Below, piece by piece: positions 13,901 through 29,042 of a stretch of 64,000 bases of DNA (the stretch's first letter is position 1; every line of letters begins with the position of its first letter). The stretch covers positions 13,392,001-13,456,000 of the forward strand of contig OZ059897.1 in assembly GCA_964057225.1 (NCBI GenBank). The letters are read 5' to 3'. Source of the DNA: Auanema rhodensis (lineage: Eukaryota; Animalia; Nematoda). The notes beneath the pieces were generated by a model that saw only the letters and a list, made by a program, of their open reading frames with translations, made no database searches and was not told the DNA's origin. A program made the position numbers and the translations under genes.

Positions 13901-16900
13901 TCTGAATCTCTTACTCTACTTCATCTATTTGGTTTTGACCAAATTCAGAACTAAGAGCTTCAATGCAATAGCGGAATCACTTGACCAGCTCGAAATTAGT
14001 ATCAAGAACACAACTGAAAAGAGCAGAAAAGCAGTTTTTATATATAGCTCGACCAAACGATTGTAGGAGAAAAAGTGTAAGCTTGCATATATAAGATCAG
14101 GGGAAAGTGAGAGAAAATGGCGAACAAATTTGTGAGGAGGAGATACACAGATAGGGAGAATGTGAGAGAGAAAGGAATAGAAAGAGATAGATAGAGAGGG
14201 AGAGAGAGAGAGTTCACTATAGATTAAAGAGGCCAAAGAAAGATGCGTGTTCCAAATACACAAGTTTAGTTTATTTCTTAACAATCATTCTCTCTGTTAT
14301 ATGTTCTTCCAAAAACTAACAGAATCTAAAATTCGTTTGTTTTCCTAATTTCTCATATTACAGGTGAATGATATTTCCTTGGAACATCTTTCACACGCGG
14401 ATTCAGTTCGTACACTTGTTAAATCTGGCCAAGTAGTTCGCTTGAAACTTATTCGGTTCTCACCAGAATCTCCTCAATCTCAGTGTTTAAAAATGCTTCA
14501 AGAACAGGTAATATATTGATTATAACCTTTATATTTTCCTTTAAATTTTATGAATAACTTTTTTATAATAACTCTTTTTCATTTTGTTTTGTTTAGGAAA
14601 CAGATACACAAGTTATCGATGTACAATCATCTAATCCAAATCTTGTCTCAGAATGGAAGAAACGATTATCGAATGAGGTTAATTTTTTTTATATAAAACT
14701 TTTGTTAATTTTCTATTTTTCAATTCTAGGTTGATATCATTTCCGCTGTTGTTCGTCCTGATCGTCGAGAAGGGGGTGATGGTGGATTAGGAATATCATT
14801 AGAAGGTTCGGAGCATTTAAATCGTTATAAATTAAATTTTTTACAGGGACGGTCGATGTAGTAAATGGACATCAATTATGTCCTCACCATTATATAGAAT
14901 CTATTCGACAAGATGGACCAGCCGCTAGAACAGGCTTGCTACATGCTGGTGATGAGCTATTGCAGGTAATACTTATTTGAATGATAATAAGCGCATGAAT
15001 ATGTTTATTATAGGTTAATCATTCTCCCTTATATGGTGAATCACATGTAACTGTTCGCCAAGCTCTAACACGAGCTATAAATTCGGGAGCACCTGTTACA
15101 CTAATTGTAGCTCGACGTACCCAACATGTGAATATGTTCGAACCAAAGATGGAACAGAGTACTTTACCTCTATCGTATCCACTTCTTGCGGCAGGCATGG
15201 ATCGCTTAGTAAAGGTAATCAGCTCAAATACGATTGTTTTCTCAAATTGAAATTTAGGCTAAATCAGAAATGGTTTTGAGTAAAGCATCAGAAACTGATA
15301 TTTTACTTCAAGTTGTATCACACAGATTACGATCGAGATCGTTAGAACCATTAGCTGGCTTAGCTATATGGAATTGTGTTCCATTGGTCATTACTTTAGA
15401 AAAAGACACTAGAGGTTTAGGATTTTCTGTGGTTGACTATCAGGTAAAATAATTATAATAACTTAATATTAACTAAGCACAAATAAAATTATTCGAACAA
15501 TTTGTAGGATCCAGCACATCCGGGTGAATCAGTGATTGTGGTCCAATCTCTCGTTCCTGGAGGTGTGGCTCAAGCTGATGGCCGTGTAGTTCCGGGTGAT
15601 CGCCTTTTGTTTGTTAACAATCATGATCTTAGTAATAGCAGGTTAGCATAAACTTTCAATATAAATTTGATTTAAAATAATCAATCAAACTATATTCATA
15701 TTTAAAGAAATATTCTCAATAATCTACTATACACATATATTTATAAATATACTTAAAATTATATTTAATGATGGCATTGTTTAGTTTGGAGAGAGCGGTA
15801 GCTGCTTTGAAAGCCGCACCCATGGGACGCGTCCGATTAGGTATAGCCAAGCCTGTGCCTGCAGAAGAGGTACGTCTTGTTCTAACTCGCTTTCTTCCAT
15901 TTCCACTTTTTCCTTCCATTCTGCCAACTTTTGTGACTCAGAAAAATCATTTCAAGCATTTCTTGTTGTTTTTTTGTCGTGAGTATAAAATATGAAAACG
16001 TTCACATTACATCTTTTCTATTATACGTCTTTTCCACCATCATGCAAAATATTTATGATCTCAAAAATCTTTCTCATGCAACAACTATTAATGAACTCAC
16101 ATTCATCATATGTAATCTCCCAATTTTTGAATATTCCGTGTATATTTGTCATCTACTCTGTCATTAAATTTATAGTCATTTTTCCAATTTTTGCTCATTT
16201 CTTCTGATGAACATGTATGTATGTGTATAAATACATACGTACATGAATATGTATATGTATGTACTACATGTACTACTTCATATTTCCTTCTAATACTCAT
16301 ATATTATGTAAAATATGATGTAATCATTGTGATGCCAAAAATATTTGAAAGCTTCCAGGTGGTCATCTAACATATCATATTTTCATTATAAACCTTTTTT
16401 TTCTATTTTCAGACATTTTTTTCGCATATATGTATATACATTTGTATATGTTGTACACATTTCCATCTAAATAATCCTTTTCTCTCTTCTATTCGGTTTG
16501 GTATTTTCCTTTTTTCTCTTTTTTTTGAATTTTTGCTTTGTCTTTGAAAAAAATAATTCTTGAAAGTGTTGCTCAATTCTTTTACGTTTGCATAGATAAG
16601 AGAAGTAAAAGAAGAAGACAACGAGTTACTACTGCAAGTAGACTTAGGTGCCCAGAACTACTTTATCCGGCTGCTGGGCTTTCTGAGTCGGCTTCAAGCT
16701 CACGCACCCGTAGTCCAGTGGACCACAAAGCATCACAAAAGAAGTCAATGACCAGGAATAATTTAAACATTCCTCCGATTTACACAACTGCTCTTTTTTT
16801 TGTCCTTTCTATTTGCAATTTTAAGTTTTTTATTTTAAAAAGTCAAATGTTCTCAATCGAATTAACTCGTTTTCATATTGCTATCCTTTTTTGAAGAAAT

Positions 16901-19900
16901 CAAAAAATTTTTGATATTCAAAGGGCAACATTTGTTTCCTCGAAGCTAATACACAATTATTGTTTCCTATTTCGTTCACCTGTACTTGATTGATGTTGAA
17001 AGCTTTTAAAGCTTCATGCTTGAAGCTCAGTTTAATCCAGCTTATGCGGTAAATCCAGCAAGGTAGCCTGGGTTTCATCAAAATCACATTCTCTACAACC
17101 TCAAGCATTAGTCTTGCAATCAATTTTATGAAGCTCTACTATAAAGCATGATAACTCGCCCATTTCTATCTTTGAATATCTTAGTATGGTGTTGTCCAGT
17201 ATTATTCTATTTCAAGTTCCTACTCATTTGCTTTCCAAAAGTCTTCTTTACCTTCTTTATATTTTCTATTTTTCTAATTTCCGACTTCTTAAATACATAT
17301 TCATCCTTTAGTCACCCATATTCATCATACTTTTTGAATTTCTCTCTTTTGAGTTTTTGATTGAACGTTTCTTGACTTTTCCCATTCATAATCTCTTCTC
17401 TTATAATCCAATTATCTTCTTTTTTTTTATGTTGGTTGATATGCTTGTTGAGACAAATAAGTTTTCACCATAATCATATTCTACAATTAGCTTTCTTTAA
17501 ATCTATTAATACAATTCTATTAAATCTCAATTCTCATGTGCAATCTATTCCCATTAACTAGTTAGATCTTGGTTCATACTACATAAATTTATTTTTTTAA
17601 TACTCTCACTTATATTCTTTGTTTTCTACTTAAAACATGGTCTTTTTTCTTTTTATTAAAATAACTGTGAATGGAAAAATCGGGCATAGATAGACCAGCA
17701 CCAACAAAAGAAAACGAAAATCGATTCAGCTTCATTGCCAAGTCTAGTTGTCTACAAGCAAGCAGAAGCCGTCATGCTCACTCAGTTTGTCATGGCTGTT
17801 GCTGGTGGCCCATCATTTCTTGTTGATATCCGATTAGTAGAAAGCTTGAAGCAGAATTTTTAAAAAATTCTTTAAAGCGCATTCAAACGTTTAATTCATC
17901 TTTTGAATTTCCTTCTTGAAACAAATCTCTTTATTTTTCTATAATATCCTACTAATTATATTGAGTAAGGAATATCTGAAAGAGATAGATTTTAAAAATT
18001 TTCGTTATTTTTTTAAATATTTTTACAACTTTTCAATGAATTGTTTTGGATATGAGCCTTGTTAGTCCTATTATGCGAAATTATGTTTTTATTATATTTT
18101 TAATTTAACGAAATGTCAGAAGAATAATCTAGATTTTGATAAAAAAATTTATTTTTCTTTCATTAAAGATTTTCACTATTTTTCTTCGTATTATATATAT
18201 TATATATGTATATATATGTATATATATATATATATAGATATATAATATAATTTTTATTTTTTCTTAACTCTCGACAATCTTGATTTATAATTGTCCTTCC
18301 TACTATTTATTCTTGTAAAAATTATTTTTTTTTATCTTCATTGGTATGAAACTTTTGGATGCTATAGCCAAGAATTCCTCAGTTTTTCATCTACTTCACT
18401 TAATTAACATATTTCTCTGTTAATTCGTATTTCTCACGCAGCTTAGCTCACGTAAGGCGTGGGCTACGTCTCATTTCTTTTACAAACTCGTCCTCGCAAT
18501 CGGCCGGTTGGTTGCTTCTCTACTGATGCATATCTGTACGTTTGTTACTTTCAAGAACTATTTTATTTACTCTCTATACTTTGATCTGAATGAATTTTCA
18601 TTTGAATTGTATTGTATAACATGACTTTTCATTCTATTTTTCAGCTTATTTTAACTTCTTTCTTACAAATGACCGCCATTTTAGTCTTTCGAACTTTTGT
18701 TGCATTTCCACTTTGAGCCTCTTTCTGCTTTTTTTAACAATTCACGAATTAATGTCTTGTGTTGAAGTACGACAAACCGGAGAACAATAAGAAAAGCCAA
18801 AGGCCCAGTTGAAACGGCTTCAGTTGGCTTATCTATTCCTTTTTGCTACTTAATTGGTTTTATCCACAACATTCCAATGATGTTTCGTCTCAGAGCTGTT
18901 TTACCTATTTTCTGAAATATATAGTATCAGGAAAAAAAAATTTGTCTTTAGTCAAACTATAGTTTTTTTCTTTTGCATTTTCATGTTATGTTTGGAAATT
19001 GAAAATTATTTTTTTGTAAATTTTATTTATTATTATAGCGATTATATGTTATAATGTCTATAATTTATTTGATCCAATTTTTTTTCATAAAATTCATCTT
19101 TTTCAAATTATGTAAGAGATTGATAGCCACGGCACCAATTTGAGCCACTTGAACTACTCAGCTGCCTCCGGCATGTTATGAAAGCAAGTTCGTGCTGCTC
19201 CTGCCCGATCTTGCTCATATTCCTCTAAAAGATGAAAAGAATATCTTTACTTTTCATCTCAGCTTTATTCCCAACCTTCCATCATCAACTCGTCATCACT
19301 TCTTGACATTCATACGTCCCGTCTCCACCTCATCTCTCTCTCTCCCTCTCTCTCTTTCTGTCTCTCTCTGCTCTGCTCTTTCTTTTTCTTTAACTCTTTC
19401 AGTTTTTTTCCATTTACAAATTGCTATCCTTCTTCATTTCTTTCTTTCTCTCAATAGCTCCTACTCCCTATTTCCGAATTTTCTCATTTATCTCATGCTC
19501 TACTTGTTTTTCTTTCTCTCTACATTTTGTTAGAGTTTCTATGTATCACTCATCAATGTTGGGTCAAGTTCGTTGTAGGAAGGTTTTGAGATCGATGAAT
19601 GGCAATATCCTGCTCTACGTCTCTTGCAATGATCTTCCCATCTTATCCTCTTTTTTTCCTTTTCGTAGTCTCCATATTTTTCTCTATATGTTTCCTTCTT
19701 TTCTTTCACTTTCTAACTCTTATCGCAGTAAACGTACTAAATCGCTTTATCTATTATATACTCTTAGACTCATTTAATTCTCTTAACTACTCTCAGCTTC
19801 ATAGTGTCACTCACATTGTCTATGAACATGTTCGGATATCGAGTGAGGAATATCCTCCCATTTCATGTGCTTCCTCTCTCAATATCTCTTGCTCTTTATC

Positions 19901-22900
19901 TCATTCTTAGAATGTATTTTTATCTTTCTCCATTCCAATACCTCTGAACCTTTGAAACCGATCGTCTTCATTTTTTTATATCTTTTGATAATCTGAGTCT
20001 TCTAACCTCTCCAAACTTTGCAAAACTTTAATCCTTTATTTTACATCAATAGTATTAAATTTATATTTCTTCACTTATTACTCATAGTTTCAATTATTGT
20101 TTAGTAGTCAATTGAAAAGCGCTATAACTGTTAATTGATTGTATTTTCATTCAATTTGAATAATTACTTCTTTCTTTTTAAATATTCTCTTATTCACTTA
20201 TTGTTATTATCTCATTTTAAGTTATTTTCTTTTTGTTACCTGTTTTTTAACAAAAGTTTATTCTGTGTTACTTGATATCTCCTTCCTTCTGTTAGCTAAT
20301 GCCGATCCCAAAGAAATGAGCTTGAACTCATTTTGCTATTCAACAAATTCTATTTTAATATTCATAAATTTAATTTCAGTGTCTAACATCAGCTCATTCA
20401 CCGCTCTTCACGAGGAGCGAACGTCTGCTTGCACGAGGGAGCTCACCACGTGGAAGGAGAAAGGTAATATTGCTTTTAGTTTGAATTCATGATCGTAATT
20501 TCATAATAATTTTTTAATTATATTTTATTTTCATCTTACTATAATTCATCTTTATTTAAATTGAAATTGCTTTTTTTTCTCAACTCATCTTACATGCATT
20601 ATATGTTTCTATAAATAAAAATCAAGGATGCATCTGTAATTAGGTGTCCTGTGAAGATTGTTTTGCATACAATTTTCCCAAGATTACATATGTATACTTC
20701 AATTAGCTTCTAATTAGGTACTAAACATAATTTCTAACAATTTCTTAAAAGTTAAGGATCTACTTATGGAAAAATGTTTTAGCTCTAATATCTAATAGCT
20801 TTCGTTCTCATAATTTTGTGAGCCAGAGTATACTAGAGATAGTGTGGGAAGGAGGGAGAAAAAGATTGTAAATCTAAATGGATGAAGACACGCCAGATGA
20901 GATTAGTATCATGTGGACATTCATGGCTCATCTCTCTAGCACAAGCTGCGTCTCATATCGTGTTGTGACCCTTACTTTCTCCATTTCCCTCTCTCTTTCC
21001 ATCTCTCATTCATGCATAGTGTTTCCATCTCCAAATTCTTTAATTAGTCTTAATAGAGAAAGATAGATTTAGGCTTTTACGAAGATAGATCATTTTACTT
21101 TTCATTTGACTTTCCTCCAAAGATCTATTCTTCTCTTATCTTTTGACTTTATTTTGACTTTCGACTCAGTGAGACATACTTTTCTTTTTCATATCATAGC
21201 ACGTTCTTCAGTTTCCCTCAATAACATGAGAACATTAGAAAATAATAAACCGAATATTCATTATTTTTTGATATTTTTTGTTTCAGACATCAGGAATCAC
21301 ATCAAGTCAAGAGACTGTTTGGATTGGAATTGACACCTATCGTCGATTACATCCGCAGGTATGTATAATTTAACTATATAATATATGTTAATATATGTTA
21401 ATATAGCTAACTATCTTTAATATGTTATTTAACCCTAACTGATTCAATTTTCGATACCTTATTACAAATGTGCTAAAAGACAAAAAGCATGGCTCTTCAA
21501 TATGCATGACACTCACAAAGTTCACCTTATTCACCCTTTCTATATATTATTCTTGCAGAAAAGCTGAAACTTTTACTTTTGTTTTGAATTTTCAGCTTTT
21601 TTAGCTATTCTTCCCATTTTCGATTTACTCTGATGTGCGTAATCATGTATATGGCTTGTTACATGAGATGTTGTTAACTTCGTGAAATGTTTCTGCTGTC
21701 ACTGTTTCCTTTCTCTTCTTATCTTTCAAAAAGCTTTAATCGTGCTTTCCTTCTACTGTCCGATGTTAGTCTCTGTCTTCTTCTGATTGAGTGCTTCTGC
21801 TTCACACTATACTGCTGTGCCTGTAATCTTTCGTATCCAATCACTACGGCCAACAAACTTACAGGGCTATTTCGGATCATCACGCAGTCCTTCTTGCTCC
21901 AGAAGCATACGCAGTTTCGACGGTGTACGTTTTTAATATTTTTCAGCTTCTTCTATTTTTTTTCGATCCTCTTACATACTTTTCAGTAACAGTATGTTGT
22001 TCCTTTTTAGTGAATAGGTTTTAGAGAAAAGAAAATAGCTTTTTTTCTACAGTTTAAAGGAAACATTGCGTAGTTCAAGTAATCGAGATCCGCTTAATGC
22101 TTATGACTATTTCCTCTATTTTTTCACTTTTGCTTTCTTTTCTGACAGCTACTTGCTGTGGTTTCTATTGTTTCATTTTTTTCAGAAACCATATCTGTTC
22201 TGAAATCCTATTAATCGCTATCACGATAGCAGTCTTATTTTTTTATTTATCACATGTTATCACTAGTTCACATCACGTATATATTATTCTAGTGTTTTAA
22301 GCTATTCACGACTACGTTTGCCCTTTAAGCATACAAATAATCGTTGTTCTTAGAATGATTTTCGTTTTTAGACAGTATATCCATAGTGTCATTATATCGT
22401 AAAAATTTTGTTTTGATTATAAGAGGGGGGGAGGTTTTTCAGAAATTTTATTTGAGTTTACCATCCACTTAATTGAAGTATTTTGTGAAATTTATTTTCT
22501 CTTCGAAATATAATTATTTTATATTAAATTAATTTAGTCTGACATTTCTATGGCCTCCTGGTCACCTTGTTCAACTCGATCCATCTCACCATCTGGCTCA
22601 CCTCTTTCACTTCGAGGTTCATGGGCATATGATGTTATATACTTGCCCACTCACCTAGAGCGAAGCTTGAAAATTCAGAAGGGGCCTTTACCATTAGGTA
22701 ATTTAATATTTTAATACAAATAATATTTTAACTATGATATACAGGAATTGTTTTGGATGCTGATAAAGATAAAGGTGTTAATGGGTGCGTAGTAAAGAGT
22801 ATATGTGGAAAGAAGAGTATTGGCATAGATGGACGAATTCAAGTAATTTTAATATTATTCTAATTTCAATTTATATTATAATACAGGTTGGCGATTATAT

Positions 22901-25900
22901 AGTTAAAATCAATACTGAGAGTCTACGTAATGTGACATCTTCGCAAGCTAGGGCAATATTAAAGCGAGCAAATTTACTAGGATCTCAATGCACGTGAGTG
23001 AATCCCTAATTTTTTAATAATGTTTACATTTTGTTTTGTTGTTCATTCCTAAAATCTGATAATTACATTGATTGTTCTTTCACTATTTTTCTCATTTCTC
23101 CAAAACTATTGGTGATTTTTCTTTGTATACATCTTCGTTTTCATTTTTTTCTTTTCCCTTTCCAAGATTTTATCAATTTTTAATGAAATTCTTCCTTAAA
23201 ACTTATTCATAGGAAGGATTTTGTTTTACAATAGCTTGTTCTTGCGCTTAATCTTGTTTTTTTTTCTATGGAAACGATCAAACTATCTGTTTTGGATGTT
23301 TTTGTTGCAATAATTAAGTCCTCTGTGTTTATATATTTATGAATGTATAGGTTTCTTTTCCAGAGTTGTATATATAACAGGAGCTGACGCTAAAATTTGG
23401 AAGGAACGTTTCCATCGTGACCCGGAACCGAATTCACCATCAATTAATCGACTATCACCTAAGTGAGTTATTAAACATTTATCATTTATTCTTTCGAATT
23501 CATATATTCTTCACGTTTCAGAGTCTTCCCCAAATTCTATCGTAGCCCATACCTTTCACGCAAAATGTCACGAGACAACGAAGATACGTATACTGAACCA
23601 CTATCAGAAGCATCTGATGTTGGCATCAGCGAACTTCAAACGATAGAAAATATTGAGGACCAGATAATTCCTAGGCATGTACAATCAGATGAAACAGTAT
23701 TAGACGATATGAATGAGCCCTTAACAATTTCGTCATATGCCGGTAATGGCAAAGCTACAGCGATGTCTTCGACGACGTCGTCGTATATACCTGGGGCTGG
23801 GCGATTAGTGGATGGAATGCAAATCGACTTCTTTGTGTATGACATAATTCAAGTAAGTTCAATACATAAATAGCTTTCACTTCATTTTTTTTCAAATCTT
23901 TCATAAGATTTATAGTTGTCATGCTTCTATTATTATTTTTTTCCATATTTTTGAATGCTTCACCATCAAAACATTTCTTCTTTTTTTCTCATTTATGAGT
24001 ATCAAAATGCTTTCACGTATAGTATATATACTTCATAATCTAGTCATTTGTTCATTATGATTCAATTGCATTGAGAATTATAGAAAATTTCTCTAAATGT
24101 TGCTTAGATTATGCATGAAAGTAGTTATTTTATGATTTGTGTATATTAGATTATCTTCATATATTCTGTGATTTGTTCAATTAGGTCCACCGATCCTTTC
24201 TATATTCCGCATTTTGGTTTCGCTACATACATGTTGTATGTTTTTTTTTTTGAAAAAGTTTCGTTAAAGTCAAATTTTCTATATTATATTAGAACAGTGG
24301 TATGTTTACGCTTCTTTCATTAACAACCGTTCTTTGGAAAAAAAATTTTTTTTTTCTAGATCATCAAGATATTTCTTATTTTCTTTCATTGTTTCATTAA
24401 ATATATTTCATTATGAATGAGTTAGTAGTAATGCTAATATCTATATCCATCTTTCATATCTGAGTATATTCTATACGAAATGGCAAAGTAATCTGGGAGA
24501 ACTACTACGATCAAGCTTTTCCCGAAGTATACATCACTAACTGGTTAACTATTGGCTGAATATTGATTATGCTCCCACCTCTCTTTCCCATAACGTTTTC
24601 CTTTCTCATTCCATTTTTTCCCTTCCTTTTTCATCTTCTAACCCTTCCTTATTCACTAGTCTGTCATATCCTTTAGTAGCTTTCATATTTCTAGACAACT
24701 AAATTGTTTAACCGTCCTGCTTTTTCAATTGACATTAAAAAACTTGTATATGTAGTTCATATACTTTTATTTTGTTTATTTTACTATTTTTTGAAGAAAT
24801 ATCTTATATCTTATTCACACAATCATTTTATTTTACATTCATTAATTTTTTTTCTCTTTTTTTTTAATATATATAATCATAGCATATGCTTTAAAGTAAT
24901 TGTTCCAATAGCTTGTTTCACATTATAATTTTTCTTTTTTTTTTCACAATATATACACATGTTTCTTTTTTGATTTTTTCTCATTTTCATATACACAATT
25001 TGGAATAGAATTTTAGTCTATAAAAAACACATTCAATGAAAGAATAAAAATACGAACACTTCTGAAATTCTAATGTTTCCAGGAAGCTCTTCGAGAGGCT
25101 ATAGAAGAGTTGGTTATAAGCCATCGGATCCCTGATTGGAAAGGTCGCTCAATCGATCAGACTCCCCCGGAAAACGCTCAACCACCCACCCCACCAAGCT
25201 GCAGCCCTCCTAGAGGATCACCTTCCGGTCAGTTCTTTAACTTTATAATTATTTCCAAATAATAATATTCTGAATTGTTTATGTAATCACAATTTTGCTA
25301 TTGTTTTACGTTTCTTAAATCTTTCCTTTTTACAAATGTTAGTAGTATAATGCGTTACAAATGGTTTTCAGAATCTCCTAAACGGGAAGCGGAAGCTGAA
25401 CCCATATCTCAGCTAGACGACGAATCTGGTAACATCTGTCGCTCTACTTCCAGTATTTCAACGACAAGCTCACGTGGTTCACTGCCTCCTCCTCCACCAC
25501 CCGCTCGACGCCCCGATTTAGAAATCGGCTCCTCGTCTTCTCGTAACTCTCCTGCCTCTCAATCTCCTGTCACTTCGACCTTTGTTGCTCAAGTAGAACG
25601 AGAAGCTGAAGAAAACGACTTTTCTCCAGCGCAGCCTTCAGCACTCGAAGTTGAGGACAAAAAATTTGATTCGTTCGAGCGTCCCCTCTTGGAATCAAGT
25701 GAAGTTGAACAAGTTACTGATTCTCCGAAGCCAGACGCCGAAGAGGTTAGTGATGAAATTCAATTACATTTCGAATGTTAGAAACGTTTTTTTAAAATTC
25801 GCTACAAATTTTTTTGTTCCTTTAACGTAATTTTATCTATTCAGATTGTTGAACCAAGTACATCTTCAGCAGAACAGTGTGGTTCACCAGTATCATCAGT

Positions 25901-28900
25901 GAATGATAAACAAGCAATGTCTGCAACCGCTACTTTAAATCAAAATTTCCCGCAGATGTCAGATAGTATTCAGCAACAGGTAAAACATAAATAATGCTTT
26001 TCTCAATATTAATTATTATATTAAGGCAAAACAACTATCACGATCAAAATTCTGGGGTGAGGCTAGGACAGTAGTTCTTGTTAAAGAACCAAATAAATCT
26101 TTTGGTAAGCCATCTGACATAGTATTCTAATATTTAATTTTTTTTTCAGGAATTTCAATTGTTGGCGGAAGAGTGGAGGTTTCCCAAAAAGGTGGCTTAC
26201 CTGGAACAGGGAACACCGTTTCAGGGATTTTCATCAAAAGTGTTTTACCTAATAGTCCAGCTGGAAAATCAGGCATGATGAACATGGGTGATCGAGTTAT
26301 AAGCGTGAGTACATTTTGCGAATATCTTTTCTATACTTTCAATATATATTCATTTTACATTTTCAAGCTTTTTTTATGATTACTCCTATATATTAGAATT
26401 TTCCAGGTGAATGGAATAGATTTGCGTGATGCTACTCATGAACAAGCTGTAACTGCTATTAAAAATGCGGCTAATCCAGTCACATTTGTTCTTCAATCTT
26501 TGCACAGCTTCGCTCCGCAACAAGTATATTTCCGTTTAATTTTTAAAACCTAATTTCATGCAACTTTTCAGCAAATGATAAATTCAGCATCAACTTCATC
26601 GAGCTCAACTATTAATTCTGTCAAAGCTGAACCTCGAACAGAAGCATCGACATCAGTTATAGGAGTAGAAACTCCTCCACCCAAAGAAGATACACCTACA
26701 CCCGATTCGTTGTCATCAGAATCACAGATATTGAGTCGTCAGAATACTGTTAGACAACAACCAAGCACTGAAAAGGCGGATGTACAATCAAACGACACAG
26801 CTGCTGTTCCTACTGTTGAGAATGTGAGCCTATTATTTTAAGCAAATGAAAAAAAAACGATTCATTGTTCAGGATGTAGTACTTGACCGTCAATCCAGTA
26901 TTGCATCCGCTTCGAGCATTTCTTCCAAACGGAAAGAAAGTATGTCACAAGAAGCTGCGGAAAAGCAAAAGCTGTTGGAGTCTGAGTCTTCCCGACGTAG
27001 CAGCACTAGCTCTAAAAAGAGCAAAAAAAGTAGTATTAAGAAGAAGCCTAGTCAAATATCTGATCAACGAAAAACAGTTAGTTTATAATAAATTGCATGT
27101 TCATATTGTTTATATCAGAGTTACGCATCGGGTCCGTTAATTGTTTCGGATGTTTCCAGTTCTGAAACTCATGATGAAGAATTAGCTGAGGTTCATTTCT
27201 ATTTAGAGTTTTATATAAATTTTATTATTTTTTCAAGTATGTTGGTAATGCTTTTGCTTCCAATACTACAACAGAAATTCCTTCCACAACTTACACGAAA
27301 GAAACGGAGGAAATAACTGTGCATCATGAGCAGATGAATATAAAAAGCCGTTTCAATTATAATGAAGGTATTTCAATCTTTAAACTATTTGTTTCATTTT
27401 TTCATTCATTTTAGAAAATATGAGGAATAAGTATGATGATCTCGAGGGTGATATCATTATATTTGATCTCCCAAAAGTGCCTGATGGTGGGCTAGGTGTT
27501 TCACTTGTTGGCAGTCGCCATCCTGAAAAGCTCAATGTTTATGTTGTTCAAGTTAAACCGGCATGCCCGCTTAGGATTATTAAAGGAGATGAACTATTAG
27601 AGGTTAGAAGTATATCAATTAATGTCAAACTCTTCAATTTCAATATATGGAGTTTTAACCAATTTTTCACCCAAGAAGATACATATGATATTTTTCAATC
27701 ACTCAGCTCAGAACTGTTGCATAACTATATTTATACTAATATTATTTTAAAAAATATTTTTTTAGATTAATGGCCGTGTTCTTCGTGGCTTAAATCATGT
27801 TGCTGCTTCTGGCATCATAAGAGATTGTTGTCAAGATGATGAAGGAGTTGAATTAGTATTATGTCGTAGAAAGGGAGCTCTGGTTAGTATATTCATTTTC
27901 CTAAATTAAGTATGCTTCACCATAAAACGTGAAGTATATGATACTTTTTATTGTTATTGTTCACTTAATCTCTGTTACTAACAAGTCAAGAAGTAAGCTA
28001 AGAGAAAGCAAATAGTTTTGAATAGATTTTCCGTTTCTTTCGAAAATCTACACAACAGTTATTAAAAATAGAATAAACTATATAAAGAATAAGAAAGGTA
28101 TATATACATATACATATACGTAAATGTTTATGCACATTCTGTTTAGATGTTCTGTTCTTTTCATAACAATTCTCTCATTCATTTTCTTACATATCTTTAT
28201 ATACTGTTGATATACCTTCTCTTTATCTTTTTCTCTCATTTTATTTCTTCCGCTTTATTCTTTACCTTTTTTTTTCTGTCTTCGTATTGGAACGACAAAT
28301 ATTACTAACTTTTTTGATTTGCCGTCACCGTGTATGGCATTTCAATTTCATATTTACTTTATAAATTTCAAGTATTTTAATATCAACTCAACTAATATTT
28401 TCCGTTTTTTGTCTTCTTTTGGACGCTGCAACTCTTTCATTCTTACTCTCTAACTTGTGCCATGGGAACGAACTAACGTTTTCCATTTTCTTGTTGTTTT
28501 ATTTCATCAGTACTCTTGAGAATATTCCCAAAATCGACATATATGTACTTTTCCTTCTCTTAAAATTACATCGCTATTTCATATTTGAGCTTGAAACCTT
28601 CTCTTCCTTTACCTTACATATTGGACAGCCTAATTGCTCTCAGTTTATTCATCTTTTATAGAAAGAAAATAGAAAACAATTGTTCAAAATATTATTTTCT
28701 CGTTTCCTTCTTCCTTTTTTTCTGACCTAATACAAACATTTTTCAAACCTTAGATACGTTTCGAAGTTATTTTTTTCTGTTCAACTACTATCCCATTATC
28801 TCAGCTATGCTTTAGCAGTTTTTAGATATCAAACGTGTAGTAATTTTATAGATTTTTTCAATAATACCCTTTATGTCACTATTACTATTCTTATAGCTTT

Positions 28901-28985
28901 TTATATTTTCTACCTCATTCTCATATCTTATTATCGTTATATTCCCCTTTCTTATTTTAGATCATTTCCATTTCTCTTTGCTTGG

Positions 28986-29042
<57 letters not shown>

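Noticed and set aside
16538-16894. R/S-rich ORF inside an mpz-1 intron as an extra exon
   Set aside because: No donor/acceptor pair found that keeps phase with the flanking phase-0 exons
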